The notes under the pieces are model-generated. The model saw only the letters and a program-made list of their open reading frames with translations. It did no database searches and was not told the DNA's origin. A DNA stretch of 64,000 bases, taken from positions 73,610-137,609 of the forward strand of contig JBEKJR010000008.1 in assembly GCA_050011175.1 (NCBI GenBank), in the 5' to 3' direction. A program made the position numbers and the translations under genes. Shown one piece after another: positions 8,887-19,655 of this stretch (positions are counted from its first letter, which is position 1; each line of letters starts with the position of its first letter). The DNA comes from Terracidiphilus sp. GTDB lineage: Bacteria; Acidobacteriota; Terriglobia; Terriglobales; Acidobacteriaceae.

Positions 8887-9573
8887 CTACGGCTGACAAT
8901 GCTCTCTCCAGCGCGACCAGACAAGAAAGCGCACGGTCTTCAGGGTTTCAAGGGATGCCTCTGCCCAGGGGTGGGCAGAGGGCTCCGGCGCCAGCAGCGG
9001 GGCGGCATGGGTGCGCCACTCCAGGGGATATTCGTTGAAGATGATGCCGGCGCGAGGCAGGTGGCTGGCGCTGGAAACTACCTCGGCGGATCGCCAGCCG
9101 TGCGCCTTCATGATGCGGGCCGCGTAGCAGGCGTTCTGGATGGTGTCCCTGGCCTGGGGCTCTTCAAAAATGGCCGACTCGGGAATCCCCTGCGCGTGGG
9201 CGGTGGCCGCCATGACCCGCGCCTCCACAAACTGGTTGTGTGCTGCCGCTCCGGAGAGAATCAGACGGGGCGCCACGCCCCGTTCGTACTCATGGACGCC
9301 TTCAGTGACGCGGGCCAGCATCTCCGGCGTGGGGTTGCCGTCGCGGTCTGCGGGGTAGCCCAGCACGATGATGGCGTCAAAGCGGGTGAGCGAGGTGTTG
9401 GAAGTAGGAGCCAGAAGGCGGGCGAGGACTCCCCAGCCCAACAGGCCCAGAATCAACAGGATAGCTGCAAGAATCAGACGCCCACGCCAACCCAGCCGTC
9501 GCCGCCGCCGGGGGGCGCGCTGAGGGTTAGCCCGGCGGGAGGGCTTGCTGCGGATTGGGCGCGTCCTGGGCAT
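8887..9573 (-). CDS. YdcF/DUF218 family protein
   Basis: DAIIVLG, LILSG, EPQARDTIQNA and SHLPRA motifs. Confidence 0.9.
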   Translation of the reverse strand: MPRTRPIRSKPSRRANPQRAPRRRRRLGWRGRLILAAILLILGLLGWGVLARLLAPTSNTSLTRFDAIIVLGYPADRDGNPTPEMLARVTEGVHEYERGVAPRLILSGAAAHNQFVEARVMAATAHAQGIPESAIFEEPQARDTIQNACYAARIMKAHGWRSAEVVSSASHLPRAGIIFNEYPLEWRTHAAPLLAPEPSAHPWAEASLETLKTVRFLVWSRWREHCQP

Positions 9574-9612
9574 AGGCAACTCCCAGACACCACTTTAACG
9601 CGAAGGGCGGGG

Positions 9613-10236
9613 TTATCCCAGGTTTGCCGGCTCACCCCAGGCCGAGAAGACAAACTCGCTCAACGGCTTACGGGTGCGCGGCGCGATTTCCTGCGCAATC
9701 AGTTTCTCGTTACCGAGGGCGGAGGGTTCGCCCTGATATCCGAGGGCAATGACCGCGCCGAGCAGGTAATCCTCGGGGATTCCAAAGGCCTGGCGTGCGG
9801 CATTGTGGTCAAAGCCGGCCATTGAGTGGGTGGCGAGGCCGAGCGAAGCGGCCTGCAGGCAGAGGATGGCGGAGGCGGCGCCCAAATCATAGAGCGCGTA
9901 AGCGTTCGGGGAGCCGTTGCGGCTGAAGTTGCTGCCGGCTACGCCCAAAATTAAGACCGGCGCGGCGCCTGCCCAGCTCTGGTTGAAGCCGACCAGCGTC
10001 GAGAATATTTTCTGATGCGTCGATGAGTTGCGGAGTCCAACGAGAAAGCGCCAGGGCTGCTCGTTATTGGAAGAGGCTGCCCATCGGGCGGCTTCGAAGA
10101 CTCTCCTGAGGTCGGCGGGGCTTACGTCGCGATCGGTAAAGGAGCGCGGACTCCAGCGGGCGAGCACCACAGGCAGTACGCCATCGACGGCGGGAGCTTG
10201 CTTCAAGAGATTGACTTCACTAGCAGAGAGGGTCAT
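9613..10236 (-). CDS. Nitroreductase family protein
   Basis: RWSPRSF, ASSNNEQPWRF and THSMAGF motifs. Confidence 0.92.
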   Translation of the reverse strand: MTLSASEVNLLKQAPAVDGVLPVVLARWSPRSFTDRDVSPADLRRVFEAARWAASSNNEQPWRFLVGLRNSSTHQKIFSTLVGFNQSWAGAAPVLILGVAGSNFSRNGSPNAYALYDLGAASAILCLQAASLGLATHSMAGFDHNAARQAFGIPEDYLLGAVIALGYQGEPSALGNEKLIAQEIAPRTRKPLSEFVFSAWGEPANLG

Positions 10237-10290
10237 GGGGAAGACTCCGTAATGTTGGATGACCTGCCTGTGAGGCGCGCTTCAGATTTC

Positions 10291-11679
10291 TCACGGGTAG
10301 ATGCGGTGAAGCGTGCGGGCGAATGGGATGGTTTCGCGGACGTGGTCGAGACCGCAAATCCAGGTGACGACGCGCTCGATGCCCATTCCGAAGCCACTGT
10401 GAGGGACCGAGCCGTAGCGGCGCAGGTCGAGGTACCACTGGAAGGCTTCCTTGGGCAGCTTGTGGTGATCGATGCGGGAGTTGAGCAGCTCGAAGCTGGA
10501 GACGCGTTGCGAGCCGCCGATGATTTCGCCGTAGCCTTCGGGGGCGAGGACATCGACGCAGAGAGCGTAGCGCGGGTCGGCGGGATCGGGTTCCATGTAG
10601 AAGGCTTTGACGTCGGCGGGATAGCGGTGGACCATGACGGGCTTGTCGTATTGCGAACTAAGCCAGGTTTCGTCGGGTGAGCCGAAGTCGTTGCCATATT
10701 CAAAAGGCGCTTCGAGGTGGCCGTCCTTGTGGGCCTGGTTGAGCATCTTGCAGGCTTCGTCGTAGCGCAGGCGCGGGAAGGGCGGAGTGACGGATGCGAG
10801 CTTGGCGGGATCGCGGCCGATGACGGCGAGTTCTGGCGCGCGGTTCTTGAGGACGGACTGGACGATGTGGGAGATGAAGTTTTCGGCGAGTTCGAGGAGG
10901 CCGTCGAGGTCCATGAAGGCAACTTCGGGCTCAATCATCCAGAACTCGGTGAGGTGGCGGCGGGTTTTGGATTTTTCCGCGCGGAAGGTGGGGCCGAAGC
11001 TGTAGACCTTGCCCAGGGCGAGGGCGGTGGACTCGACGTAAAGCTGGCCGGATTGGGTGAGGAAGGCAGGGTCGCCGAAATAATCGACCGGGAAGAGGGT
11101 GGAGGTGCCCTCGCAGGCCGCGGGCGTGAGAATGGGCGGGTCGGTGCGGATATAGCCGTTGGTGTCGAAGTATTCGGCAGCCGCGCGCATGATCTCGGCG
11201 CGGATGCGGAGAATGGAGGCTTGGCGCGGGGAGCGGACCCAAAGATGGCGATGCTCCATGAGGAAGTCGACGCCATGCTCCTTGGGGGTGATGGGGTAGG
11301 GGTCGGACTCGGGGACGCGCTGGACGACCTGGAGATCGATGATGTCGAGCTCGTAGCCGCCGGGGGCGCGCTGGTCGGCGCGAACTTTGCCGGTGACGAT
11401 GACGCTGGATTCCTGGGTCAGATTTTTAAGGGCCTCGAAGACCTCAGGGGAGACGCTTTTTACGTGGGCCACGCCCTGGATGTTGCCGGTGCCGTCGCGA
11501 AAGATGGGGAAGAGAAGCTTGCCGCTCTCGCGAAGGTTGTAGAGCCATCCGCGCAGGGTAACGGATTGGCCTTCGTGCTGGCCGATGGTGGCGATGGTAG
11601 CGACGGGCGGTGGGGCAAACGGCACCTGCGGTGCGGCAGACGCGGCTTGCGCCGCCTTGTTGGTTTGATCTTCGGACAT
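10291..11679 (-). CDS. asnS: Asparagine--tRNA ligase
   Basis: OB-fold [43 protein letters not shown] and GFGMGIER motifs. Confidence 0.97.
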   Translation of the reverse strand: MSEDQTNKAAQAASAAPQVPFAPPPVATIATIGQHEGQSVTLRGWLYNLRESGKLLFPIFRDGTGNIQGVAHVKSVSPEVFEALKNLTQESSVIVTGKVRADQRAPGGYELDIIDLQVVQRVPESDPYPITPKEHGVDFLMEHRHLWVRSPRQASILRIRAEIMRAAAEYFDTNGYIRTDPPILTPAACEGTSTLFPVDYFGDPAFLTQSGQLYVESTALALGKVYSFGPTFRAEKSKTRRHLTEFWMIEPEVAFMDLDGLLELAENFISHIVQSVLKNRAPELAVIGRDPAKLASVTPPFPRLRYDEACKMLNQAHKDGHLEAPFEYGNDFGSPDETWLSSQYDKPVMVHRYPADVKAFYMEPDPADPRYALCVDVLAPEGYGEIIGGSQRVSSFELLNSRIDHHKLPKEAFQWYLDLRRYGSVPHSGFGMGIERVVTWICGLDHVRETIPFARTLHRIYP

Positions 11680-12147
11680 GGTGCTCCTAAAGGCTTAGAC
11701 AGCCGGACAGATTAGGATAGCGCGTGCGGCCACCGGAGTTTGGGGATGCGTCCAACCATACGATACGGCCTTGACGAGAACATGCAAGGAATAACATTTT
11801 CATTCACTCACTTATCCCAGCGTTGTCTTGGCCTTTTCGCAGGTTGCTTCTTTTTAGGCTCTGATCTTTTGTACAGTTCAGCCGTACACCAAGTGCGGAT
11901 TATTGGACCAAATACATACTGAACCAAAATCTTGAATACATTGAGAAAAAGCAAACGATCCATTGAAATTTCCCCTGGACCCTGATTAATTTCCGGTCTG
12001 GAGCCATTGTTTCTCCATACACCACAAATTCGTGACGTAGATGTCCTACCTGTCGTACTTGCCGAAGATGGAATAGATGGATCAGGTGGCGCATCAATCA
12101 GGGATTGCGGGAGCTCCTGGACTTTAGTAGGATGAGAATAGTTTTTG

Positions 12148-12915
12148 ATGCGCGCAACAATTCCAGGGGCCGAGCGCGTGCGGGCTGGAGGGCCGATGGC
12201 GGAGAAGGCGGTGGTTCGCAGCGATGAGACGCACAAGTCGCAGGTGGACGCGGAGACCACGGCGCGGGTGATTGCGGAGAAGCGGATCGGCGAGCGGATC
12301 AAGCGGCTGCGGCTGAAAAAGTCCATGGGGCTGGTGGAGTTGGGCAAGCTGACGGGGCTTTCGGCGAGCTTTTTGTCGCAGTTGGAGACGGGGCGGGTGG
12401 TGCCGACGCTGCGCAACCTGGCGCGGATCGCGATGGTGTTTTCCAAGGACCTGTCCTACTTCTTCGAGAGCGATGCGGCGGCGGTCTTCCGGATTCACCG
12501 GCGCAAGGAGCGGGTGAAGATGCCGCAGACGGGTGTGGATGTTCCGACCTACTTTTTTGAGAGCCTGGGCTACATGGTTCCTGACCGGCAGATGGACCCT
12601 TACTTTGCTGAGTTTGTTCCTCTGACCAAGGAGATGGAGCCGAAGGCGCACATGCACCCGGGGAGCGAGTTTCTGTATGTGCTGGAAGGGGAGCTGGAGA
12701 TTCGTCACGGGGAGCAGGGGTACATATTGGGAGCGGGGGACGCGGTGTACTTTGACGCGAGCACGCCGCACGCCTACCTGTGCGCGGGCCGGAAGCCTGC
12801 CGGGGCGATCATCGTAACCCTGAACCAGGCGCCGGTGGCGGGGCCGCCGCGGGCCGCGAATACACGGGTCGCAGCCAGCGGTCCGGCGCGGCCGGGCAGC
12901 GGAGAGAGCAAGTAA
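12148..12915 (+). CDS. XRE-family HTH-cupin transcriptional regulator
   Basis: IGERIKRLRL...LSASFLSQLETG HTH and HPGSEFLYVLEGEL cupin; start may be 12196. Confidence 0.92.
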   Translation: MRATIPGAERVRAGGPMAEKAVVRSDETHKSQVDAETTARVIAEKRIGERIKRLRLKKSMGLVELGKLTGLSASFLSQLETGRVVPTLRNLARIAMVFSKDLSYFFESDAAAVFRIHRRKERVKMPQTGVDVPTYFFESLGYMVPDRQMDPYFAEFVPLTKEMEPKAHMHPGSEFLYVLEGELEIRHGEQGYILGAGDAVYFDASTPHAYLCAGRKPAGAIIVTLNQAPVAGPPRAANTRVAASGPARPGSGESK

Positions 12916-12917
12916 AT

Positions 12918-13066
12918 CAGAGCATTTGTGCAGTTTCCGTGAGGCTGATTTTGTGGTTTCCCACCCATTTCACACATTGGAATAAACCACAGGTCCTTCG
13001 ACTCGCTGCGCTCGCTCAGGAGGATGGGGCACGGAGCTTCCTTACACTATCGGCGAAAATGCTCTA
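12918..13066. mobile_element. Second MITE copy with a family C element nested in its hairpin loop
   Basis: Shares flanks with 5158-5272 and is 34 bp longer, with caggtccttcgactcgctgcgctcgctcagga inside; the right TIR supplies the TAG stop of the adjacent gene. Confidence 0.75.
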
Positions 13067-13600
13067 GCCGGGAAGCGCGGCGAAGTAATCGGCTACCTGT
13101 TGCCAGTTATCCACGCGAACAAAGCCGGTGGCGGCCAGGTTGTGGGGAGCAGAGTAGAGCAGGCCCTGGCCCTCAAAAAGAAGTAGATTTTTAGGCTGGT
13201 CGTCGATGAGATAGTCGGCGCGAAGGATGGACTTGTCTCCGCAGAAGACGTAGTGACTGGGCGGAATGAAGGGGAAGTGGCGCTGCAGCCAGCGGAACTT
13301 GGAGCCGAGGGAGTTGGGGACAGCCATGGCCTGGGTGGCGATGAAGATTTCAAAGCGGCCAGATAGCTGGCGGAGCACCTCCTGAGAGCCGGGCATGAGG
13401 GCGAGATCCTCGAAAAAATCCTCGGCGTCGAGGAAGGCACGAAGCTGCTGCTGGCGGTCAGCGGGAGTGATCTCCCACAGGCCCTTGCCGGCCAGATCCT
13501 GGGGCGTGACGTCTTCATCGAAGGTCTGGTTGTAGCGGCGGAGGTATTCGGCGAGGGTATCCGCCATGACTTCATCCATGTCCACGCAGATGCGTTGCAC
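13064..13600 (-). CDS. 5'(3')-deoxyribonucleotidase, NT5C-type HAD family
   Basis: DMDEVMAD motif I, YVFCGDKS and ADYLIDD motifs. Confidence 0.9.
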   Translation of the reverse strand: MQRICVDMDEVMADTLAEYLRRYNQTFDEDVTPQDLAGKGLWEITPADRQQQLRAFLDAEDFFEDLALMPGSQEVLRQLSGRFEIFIATQAMAVPNSLGSKFRWLQRHFPFIPPSHYVFCGDKSILRADYLIDDQPKNLLLFEGQGLLYSAPHNLAATGFVRVDNWQQVADYFAALPG

Positions 13601-13602
13601 GG

Positions 13603-14379
13603 CTAATCCTCCATGGGGGGCTTGGAGATCTTGCGCTTAGGTTTGGCGGTTTTTTGCGGGAGATCGGGGACGGGGGCAAAGGCCGGGTCCCAATAGAGAA
13701 AGCGGGTGCAGCTATCGCAGGTGAGCAGTTCGCCCTCGCGGAGCTGGTTCCAGGTCTGGGGACGAACGCCCATGCGGCAGCCGGTACACTGCTGATTTTC
13801 AGCGCGGGCAATGCCGGTGCCGCGGGAGGCGCAGAGGCGGTCGAAGCGCGTGAGCAACTCCGGCTCGATGAGCGGACGGAGGGCTTCGCGCTGGGCGGCG
13901 AGGCCGGCCTGCTGGCGTTCGATCTCGGCCTGGCGAAGGAGGATGCGCTCGCGAGTTGCGTCGAGGGCTGCGGCCAGCGATTCGACCTGAGCGCGGGCAG
14001 CGGCGAGCACGGCTTCCTGGGCGTCGGTGCGCTCCAGGCTGGCAAAGGCCTCGTTTTCCAGGCGCTCGGCTTCGGCCTCGGCAAAGTGGAGTTCGTGCTC
14101 GATGGCCGTGGCCTGATCGGCGGTGTCGAGGGTTTTCTGCTGGGTGCTGTAACGGGCGGCCTTCTGGCGGTGGGTTGTGATTTCGCGCTCCAGGCGGGTG
14201 CGGAGGGATTCCTCGCGGCTGAGGGCTGAGGAAGCCTCGGCGGCCATACGCTGGGCGGCGGCAAGAGCGGCTTCTGCCTGGGCAATTTCAGCCGGCAGGG
14301 CGCGCGCGGCATGCGCAAGGCTCAAGCGTTCCAGCTCCACCGCTTGCAGCTTTACGAGATTTTCAATGTGCACTTGCAT
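13603..14379 (-). CDS. Coiled-coil protein with C4 zinc ribbon (DUF164-type)
   Basis: Long coiled coil and C-terminal CTGC...CDSC. Confidence 0.88.
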   Translation of the reverse strand: MQVHIENLVKLQAVELERLSLAHAARALPAEIAQAEAALAAAQRMAAEASSALSREESLRTRLEREITTHRQKAARYSTQQKTLDTADQATAIEHELHFAEAEAERLENEAFASLERTDAQEAVLAAARAQVESLAAALDATRERILLRQAEIERQQAGLAAQREALRPLIEPELLTRFDRLCASRGTGIARAENQQCTGCRMGVRPQTWNQLREGELLTCDSCTRFLYWDPAFAPVPDLPQKTAKPKRKISKPPMED

Positions 14380-14484
14380 CCGTGATTGAAGTTTACGGCA
14401 TTTGACGTGGATTCATAAAATGGATATATTGTCAGATTCTCGCGCAGAACCGTATAATTCGCCGTCAGGAACAGGAGGCTTCCA

Positions 14485-15042
14485 ATGACGTCTAGTGTTT
14501 TCGATACTGGCCTGCAAGAATTGCGCCGCAGCTGGGGATGGCATCTTGCGATGGGTATCGCCCTGATTCTTTTGGGCATCATCGCCGTAATCGACTCGGT
14601 TGCCGTTACCGTGATTTCGATGATGTTTTTCGGCTGGCTTCTGCTGTTCGGCGGCATCATCGAGGGGATGCAGGCATTCCGGCATCGCCGGGGCGGTCAC
14701 TTCTTCCTGCACCTGCTGAACGCGGCGTTTGCGATTGTTGTGGGCCTGATGCTGCTGCGGAACCCTCTGGCCGGTTCGCTGGTCATGACGCTGCTGATGG
14801 CCACGTACTTCCTGGTAGCCGGCGCCTTCCGTATTTTTACCGCCCTGACGGTGGATATTACCGGTTCAGGATGGATGCTGGTGGACGGCATCATCACCCT
14901 GATATTGGGAATCCTGGTCTGGGCACAGTGGCCGATGGCGGGATTGTGGATCATCGGTTTATTCATTGGCATCAACCTAATCACTTACGGGTGGTCGCAG
15001 ATGATGCTGGCCTTTGTATTGCGACGGCTTGGCGCAGAATAG
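14485..15042 (+). CDS. HdeD/DUF308 membrane protein
   Basis: Six TM segments; GWHLAMGIALILLGIIA and WIIGLFIGINLI repeats. Confidence 0.88.
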   Translation: MTSSVFDTGLQELRRSWGWHLAMGIALILLGIIAVIDSVAVTVISMMFFGWLLLFGGIIEGMQAFRHRRGGHFFLHLLNAAFAIVVGLMLLRNPLAGSLVMTLLMATYFLVAGAFRIFTALTVDITGSGWMLVDGIITLILGILVWAQWPMAGLWIIGLFIGINLITYGWSQMMLAFVLRRLGAE

Positions 15043-15144
15043 ACTGACGCTGGCCGCAGCAGAAGCTGAGTAAAAGCGCAACTTTGCCAACAGAAGCGAG
15101 GCGCGCCCGTCCAACCTGTCCGAACTTTCGATGAAAGAGATGGT

Positions 15145-15690
15145 ATGAAAAAATCTGTTGTTACGAAACAAAAGATGCAACGCATGCAAGAGGCTCCGCT
15201 GGTCACCCCCACCGACCTGAAACCGGCGGCAAGCAAGGACATCGCGGGAGCCATGAACGCCATTCTGGCGGACGTGTTCGCAATCTATCTGAAAACCAAA
15301 AACTTCCACTGGCACATGAGCGGGCCGCACTTCCGCGACTACCACTTGCTGTTGGACGAACAGGCCGATCAGCTCTTCGCCATGACCGACCCCATCGCTG
15401 AGCGCATTCGCAAGGTAGGAGGGACCACGCTCAGGTCCATCGGCCATATCGGCCGCATACAGCGTGTATTGGACAACGATGCCGACTACGTGGAGCCGGA
15501 GGACATGCTCGCCGAATTGCGCGAGGACAGCAAGACACTAGCCGCACGCCTGCGCGAGGCACACGGCGTCTGCGAAGCATACAACGATATCGCAACCGCG
15601 AGCCTGATCGAAGTCTGGATTGATGAGACCGAGCGGCGCACATGGTTCCTGTTCGAGGCAGGCCGCCGGGCGGATTCCGCCGGGCATTGA
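15145..15690 (+). CDS. dps: Dps DNA-protection ferritin
   Basis: KNFHWHMSGPHFRDYHLLLDEQ and DPIAERIR motifs. Confidence 0.95.
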   Translation: MKKSVVTKQKMQRMQEAPLVTPTDLKPAASKDIAGAMNAILADVFAIYLKTKNFHWHMSGPHFRDYHLLLDEQADQLFAMTDPIAERIRKVGGTTLRSIGHIGRIQRVLDNDADYVEPEDMLAELREDSKTLAARLREAHGVCEAYNDIATASLIEVWIDETERRTWFLFEAGRRADSAGH

Positions 15691-15809
15691 AACGCCGCAG
15701 GATAAGCAATACCGGCGCTTGCCGGTTTATTCCGCCGATAAGCGCCAGAAGCGCTGGAAACATACGCTGCATAGGCCATCGAAGTAGGCTTCAGGAAATA
15801 CGGAGCGGG

Positions 15810-16514
15810 TCACATCTTGAGAAGGCCGTCCTTGAATTTCATGCTGGCGTGTGCTCCGTTGCAAAACGGTTTGTTTTCGGATGCCCCACAGCGGCAGAGC
15901 GTAACGCGGTTTCGTTTTTCGTAGCGCTTGCCGTCGTGCGACTCAACGGTAATTCCCCCGCGCACCCAAAGCGGGCCACTGCATCCCAGCGCCGGATCTT
16001 CCACTACGCCAATCGAGGGCGGCAGAGGCGGTTCGATCTCCTGGTGCGTTTTCTTGTCGTGCAGGACCAAGCGGCCCGCCGGGCAATGCGTTGCTTCGTG
16101 GATGGTCAGTTGACGAACCTCGGGCTCATCGGTCCTTTCAATGAGCGACCAGATTTTTCCACCCGGATCGCAGAACCGGGCAAAGGCGCACAGGTTTTCA
16201 GCATCGCTCAGGACCATGGTGGGCCCATCAATGGTTTCTGCCTGCCGGGCGTAAGGCACGCGGCTTGCGGTCTCGCGGCCATCGAACCCGACTCTGGCAT
16301 GAGAACCGTCACAGAATGGTTTGGCCTTGGAATGGCCACAGCGACAAAGCGCGTAATCGGGTTTCACGTCGAATGTCTGGCCCTGCTCCCACTCCCAGGA
16401 CATTCCATCGCGGTCGGGCGCGATGACTTGAACAGTAATCGGCATATCTCCCGATACGATGTATGGACCATCCTTGCTCACAACAATTTTTACCTCTTGC
16501 GTTTTTTTCGTCAT
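15810..16514 (-). CDS. CDGSH iron-sulfur domain protein (two CDGSH-type motifs)
   Basis: CRCGHSKAKPFCDGSH and CRCGASENKPFCNGAH, with a central Cys-bearing domain. Confidence 0.88.
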   Translation of the reverse strand: MTKKTQEVKIVVSKDGPYIVSGDMPITVQVIAPDRDGMSWEWEQGQTFDVKPDYALCRCGHSKAKPFCDGSHARVGFDGRETASRVPYARQAETIDGPTMVLSDAENLCAFARFCDPGGKIWSLIERTDEPEVRQLTIHEATHCPAGRLVLHDKKTHQEIEPPLPPSIGVVEDPALGCSGPLWVRGGITVESHDGKRYEKRNRVTLCRCGASENKPFCNGAHASMKFKDGLLKM

Positions 16515-16736
16515 GTGCGGAGCTCCTTGATTGCAGCTTTTGGTAAATGGATGGTACACCTTTCTGCAATCCTCTGTGAAGGAATCTGAGTATTGGTTCG
16601 ATCAGATCCAATTGGGTCCGTTCGGGGCTTACGCCGGCGTTGTCTGGATTGCACCATTTTTCCCGCTTCACGGCGCGGCAATCGCGCTCCTGTATAATTC
16701 TCGGTTGCTTCAAAATGAGGCAACGGAGGAAGCGAA

Positions 16737-17645
16737 ATGGACCCACTTTATATGATTCTGCTGGGAGCCGCGGCTCTCATCGTTCTAATTCTGATACTGG
16801 GAAGCTTTTTCACCGTGAACACGGCGCAGGTGGCCGTTATCACGCGCTTCGGCAAGTTTCTCCGCGTCGCCGATCCAGGCCTGAACTGGAAGCTCCCATT
16901 CTTCGACACCGTGGCGGGCGTCGTGAGCCTGCGCGTCAACCAGATTTCGCTGACCATGGAGACTAAAACCAAGGACAACGTCTTCGTCACCATTCCCATC
17001 TCGGTGCAAAACCGCGTGCGCCCGGAAAAGGTTTTTGACGCTTACTACAAGTTGTCCGATCCAACGGCGCAGATACAGTCCTACGTGGAACAGGTGATTC
17101 TGGGCCACGTGCCGGGGATGACGCTGGATGAGGTCTTTGCCTCGCAATCATCGATTGCCGCGGCGGTGAAGCAGGAGCTGGACGCGGACATGGCCACCTT
17201 CGGCTTTGAGATCGTGAACGTGCTGGTGACCGACATCATTCCCGACCAGAAGGTGAAGTCGGCGATGAACGACATCAACGCGGCGCAACGCGAGCAGGTG
17301 GCGGCCAACGCGCGCGGCGAGGCGGAGAAGATTCTGGTGGTGAAGAAGGCCGAGGCCGAGGCGGAGAGCAAGGCTCTGCAAGGCCAGGGCATCGCCAATC
17401 AGCGCAAGGCCATCATCGAAGGCTTGCGGTCCTCTATCGAGCAGTTCCAGCAGGCCGTGGAAGGCACGTCGTCGCGAGAGGTCATGCAGTTAGTGCTGGT
17501 GACGCAGTACTTCGACACGCTGAAGTCGATTGGTGAGAGCGACAAGACCAACACGCTGTTTCTGTCGCACACTCCGGGGGCGGTGAAGGAGGTCGCGGAG
17601 CAGATCATGGAGTCGATGCTGGTGGCGGAGCGGGCGAAGGGATGA
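16737..17645 (+). CDS. SPFH/band-7 protein
   Basis: RFGKFLRVADPGL, TKTKDNVFV, AMNDINAAQRE and QYFDTL motifs. Confidence 0.93.
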   Translation: MDPLYMILLGAAALIVLILILGSFFTVNTAQVAVITRFGKFLRVADPGLNWKLPFFDTVAGVVSLRVNQISLTMETKTKDNVFVTIPISVQNRVRPEKVFDAYYKLSDPTAQIQSYVEQVILGHVPGMTLDEVFASQSSIAAAVKQELDADMATFGFEIVNVLVTDIIPDQKVKSAMNDINAAQREQVAANARGEAEKILVVKKAEAEAESKALQGQGIANQRKAIIEGLRSSIEQFQQAVEGTSSREVMQLVLVTQYFDTLKSIGESDKTNTLFLSHTPGAVKEVAEQIMESMLVAERAKG

Positions 17646-17654
17646 TGGAGGTAC

Positions 17655-17702
17655 GGGTTTCCCATCCTTTTGCCGGAAAATAGGCAAAAGGATGGGAAAC
17701 CC
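17655..17702. repeat. Family A-like perfect hairpin, possibly a terminator
   Basis: gggtttcccatccttttgcc...ggcaaaaggatgggaaaccc. Confidence 0.7.
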
Positions 17703-17746
17703 GGCATGACGGACCAGCTTCGGAAAGTATCTAACCTCGTGGAACT

Positions 17747-18052
17747 ATGGAAGTCCTACGAACGAGAGGCGGAAAGGCGGAGAAAATGATAGGTGACCTG
17801 CGATTTACTGGAGTATTGCTTTTCCTGTTCGCGGTGGGGGGATTATTTTTTGTATCTCGCTTCTGGCCAAAGGTGCCGCCGCATCCAATGTTAAATATGG
17901 TGCCGCGTGATACCATGCAGATCATTCTTAGTCTTGCTCTCACAGCAGCGTCGCTATACATAATTCTCTCTCATCAATACGAACCAAAAGATACACATTG
18001 GGCATACGGCACAATCGGAACCGTTCTAGGATTTTGGCTTCGAGCAAAATAA
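17747..18052 (+). CDS. Small membrane hypothetical protein
   Basis: 101 aa with three hydrophobic segments; AT-richer than its neighbours. Confidence 0.55.
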   Translation: MEVLRTRGGKAEKMIGDLRFTGVLLFLFAVGGLFFVSRFWPKVPPHPMLNMVPRDTMQIILSLALTAASLYIILSHQYEPKDTHWAYGTIGTVLGFWLRAK

Positions 18053-18131
18053 CCCATCTCCGCGGCTTCGACCCGCCTTGCCCGCGCACGGCCCCGCGTG
18101 TTTGACTGGATTGCGAAGGCGGACCTGACAA

Positions 18132-19640
18132 ATGGCTTACATTCTTGCACTGGACCAAGGGACGACAAGTTCCCGCGCAATTCTTTTTAACCAGGCGGGC
18201 GCGATTGCCGCCGTGGCGCAGCATGAGTTTGAGCAGTTCTTTCCGCAGGCGGGCTGGGTGGAACACGACCCCATGGAAATTCTGACCAGCCAGCTATCCT
18301 GTGCCGTCGAGGCGATGGGCAAGGTTGCCGCGCGCCCCCGCGATGTGGCGGCCATCGGCATCACCAACCAGCGCGAGACGGTGACAGTGTGGGAGCGGGC
18401 GACGGGCAAGCCGATTCACAAAGCCATTGTCTGGCAGGACCGGCGCACGGCCGCGCGATGCTCGGAGCTGAAGGCGAGCGGCGCGGAGGAGACGGTCTCC
18501 TCGAAGACCGGGCTGGTTCTGGACCCGTATTTTTCCGCGACCAAGGTGGGCTGGATTCTGGACAATGTTCCGGGAGCGCGGGCGCGAGCCGAGAAGGGCG
18601 AGCTGGCCTTCGGCACGGTGGACAGTTGGCTGATTTGGCGCCTGACCAGTGGGCAGAGGCACGTGACGGACGTGACGAATGCGTCCAGGACGTTGCTGTT
18701 CAACATCGTCAAGGGCGAGTGGGATGATGAGTTGCTGAAGATATTCAACATTCCCAGGAGCATGTTGCCTGAAGTTGTTTGGTCCAGCCAGAAGGTAGGC
18801 GAGGTGACGACCACGCTGGGCCTGGGCGGCGTGGCGATTGCGGGCATTGCCGGCGACCAGCAGGCGGCGCTCTTTGGGCAGTTGTGCTGGAAGGCGGGCG
18901 AGGCCAAGAACACCTACGGGACAGGCTGCTTCCTGTTGCAGAACATTGGCACCGGGCGTGACGGCAACGGGACGGGCTTCGTGCGCTCCAGGCACCGGCT
19001 GATTACTACACTGGCGGCCAGCGCCGAGAAGCGGCTGGAGTACGCGCTGGAAGGGAGCATCTTCATCGGCGGGGCGGTGGTGCAGTGGCTGCGCGACAAT
19101 TTGAAGCTCCTCGGTTCCTCGGCCGAAGTGGAGAAGCTGGCCGCTAGCGTACCGGATTCGGACGGAGTGGTGCTGGTGCCGGCGTTTGTGGGGCTGGGCG
19201 CGCCGCACTGGGACCCGCACGCCTCCGGAATGTTGATTGGCCTGGGCCGAGGAACGCAGCCGGGACACATTGCGCGAGCGGCATTGGAGAGCATCGCCTT
19301 TCAGGTGGCCGACGTGCTGCAGGCGGTGCAGAGCGAGACGGGCACGCCGCTGGCGGCGCTGCGCGTGGACGGCGGCGCGGCAGTGAACAACCTGCTCTTG
19401 CAGTTCCAGGCAGACGTGCTGGGCGTGCCGGTGGTGCGTCCACAGGTAACGGAGACGACCGCACTGGGCGCGGCTTACCTGGCGGGGCTGGCCACGGGAT
19501 TCTGGGCTGGGCCGGAGGATTTGCGCGCCATGCGGCAGAATGACGCGCGCTTTGAGCCGAAGATGGCGGCGAATGAGCGGGCCGAGCGGCGCGGGCAGTG
19601 GTCACGAGCCGTGGAGCGGGCGAAGGGCTGGACGGTCTGA
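18132..19640 (+). CDS. glpK: Glycerol kinase
   Basis: [36 protein letters not shown] and ETTALGAA motifs. Confidence 0.97.
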   Translation: MAYILALDQGTTSSRAILFNQAGAIAAVAQHEFEQFFPQAGWVEHDPMEILTSQLSCAVEAMGKVAARPRDVAAIGITNQRETVTVWERATGKPIHKAIVWQDRRTAARCSELKASGAEETVSSKTGLVLDPYFSATKVGWILDNVPGARARAEKGELAFGTVDSWLIWRLTSGQRHVTDVTNASRTLLFNIVKGEWDDELLKIFNIPRSMLPEVVWSSQKVGEVTTTLGLGGVAIAGIAGDQQAALFGQLCWKAGEAKNTYGTGCFLLQNIGTGRDGNGTGFVRSRHRLITTLAASAEKRLEYALEGSIFIGGAVVQWLRDNLKLLGSSAEVEKLAASVPDSDGVVLVPAFVGLGAPHWDPHASGMLIGLGRGTQPGHIARAALESIAFQVADVLQAVQSETGTPLAALRVDGGAAVNNLLLQFQADVLGVPVVRPQVTETTALGAAYLAGLATGFWAGPEDLRAMRQNDARFEPKMAANERAERRGQWSRAVERAKGWTV

Positions 19641-19655
19641 GGTAGGGCCAACTGC

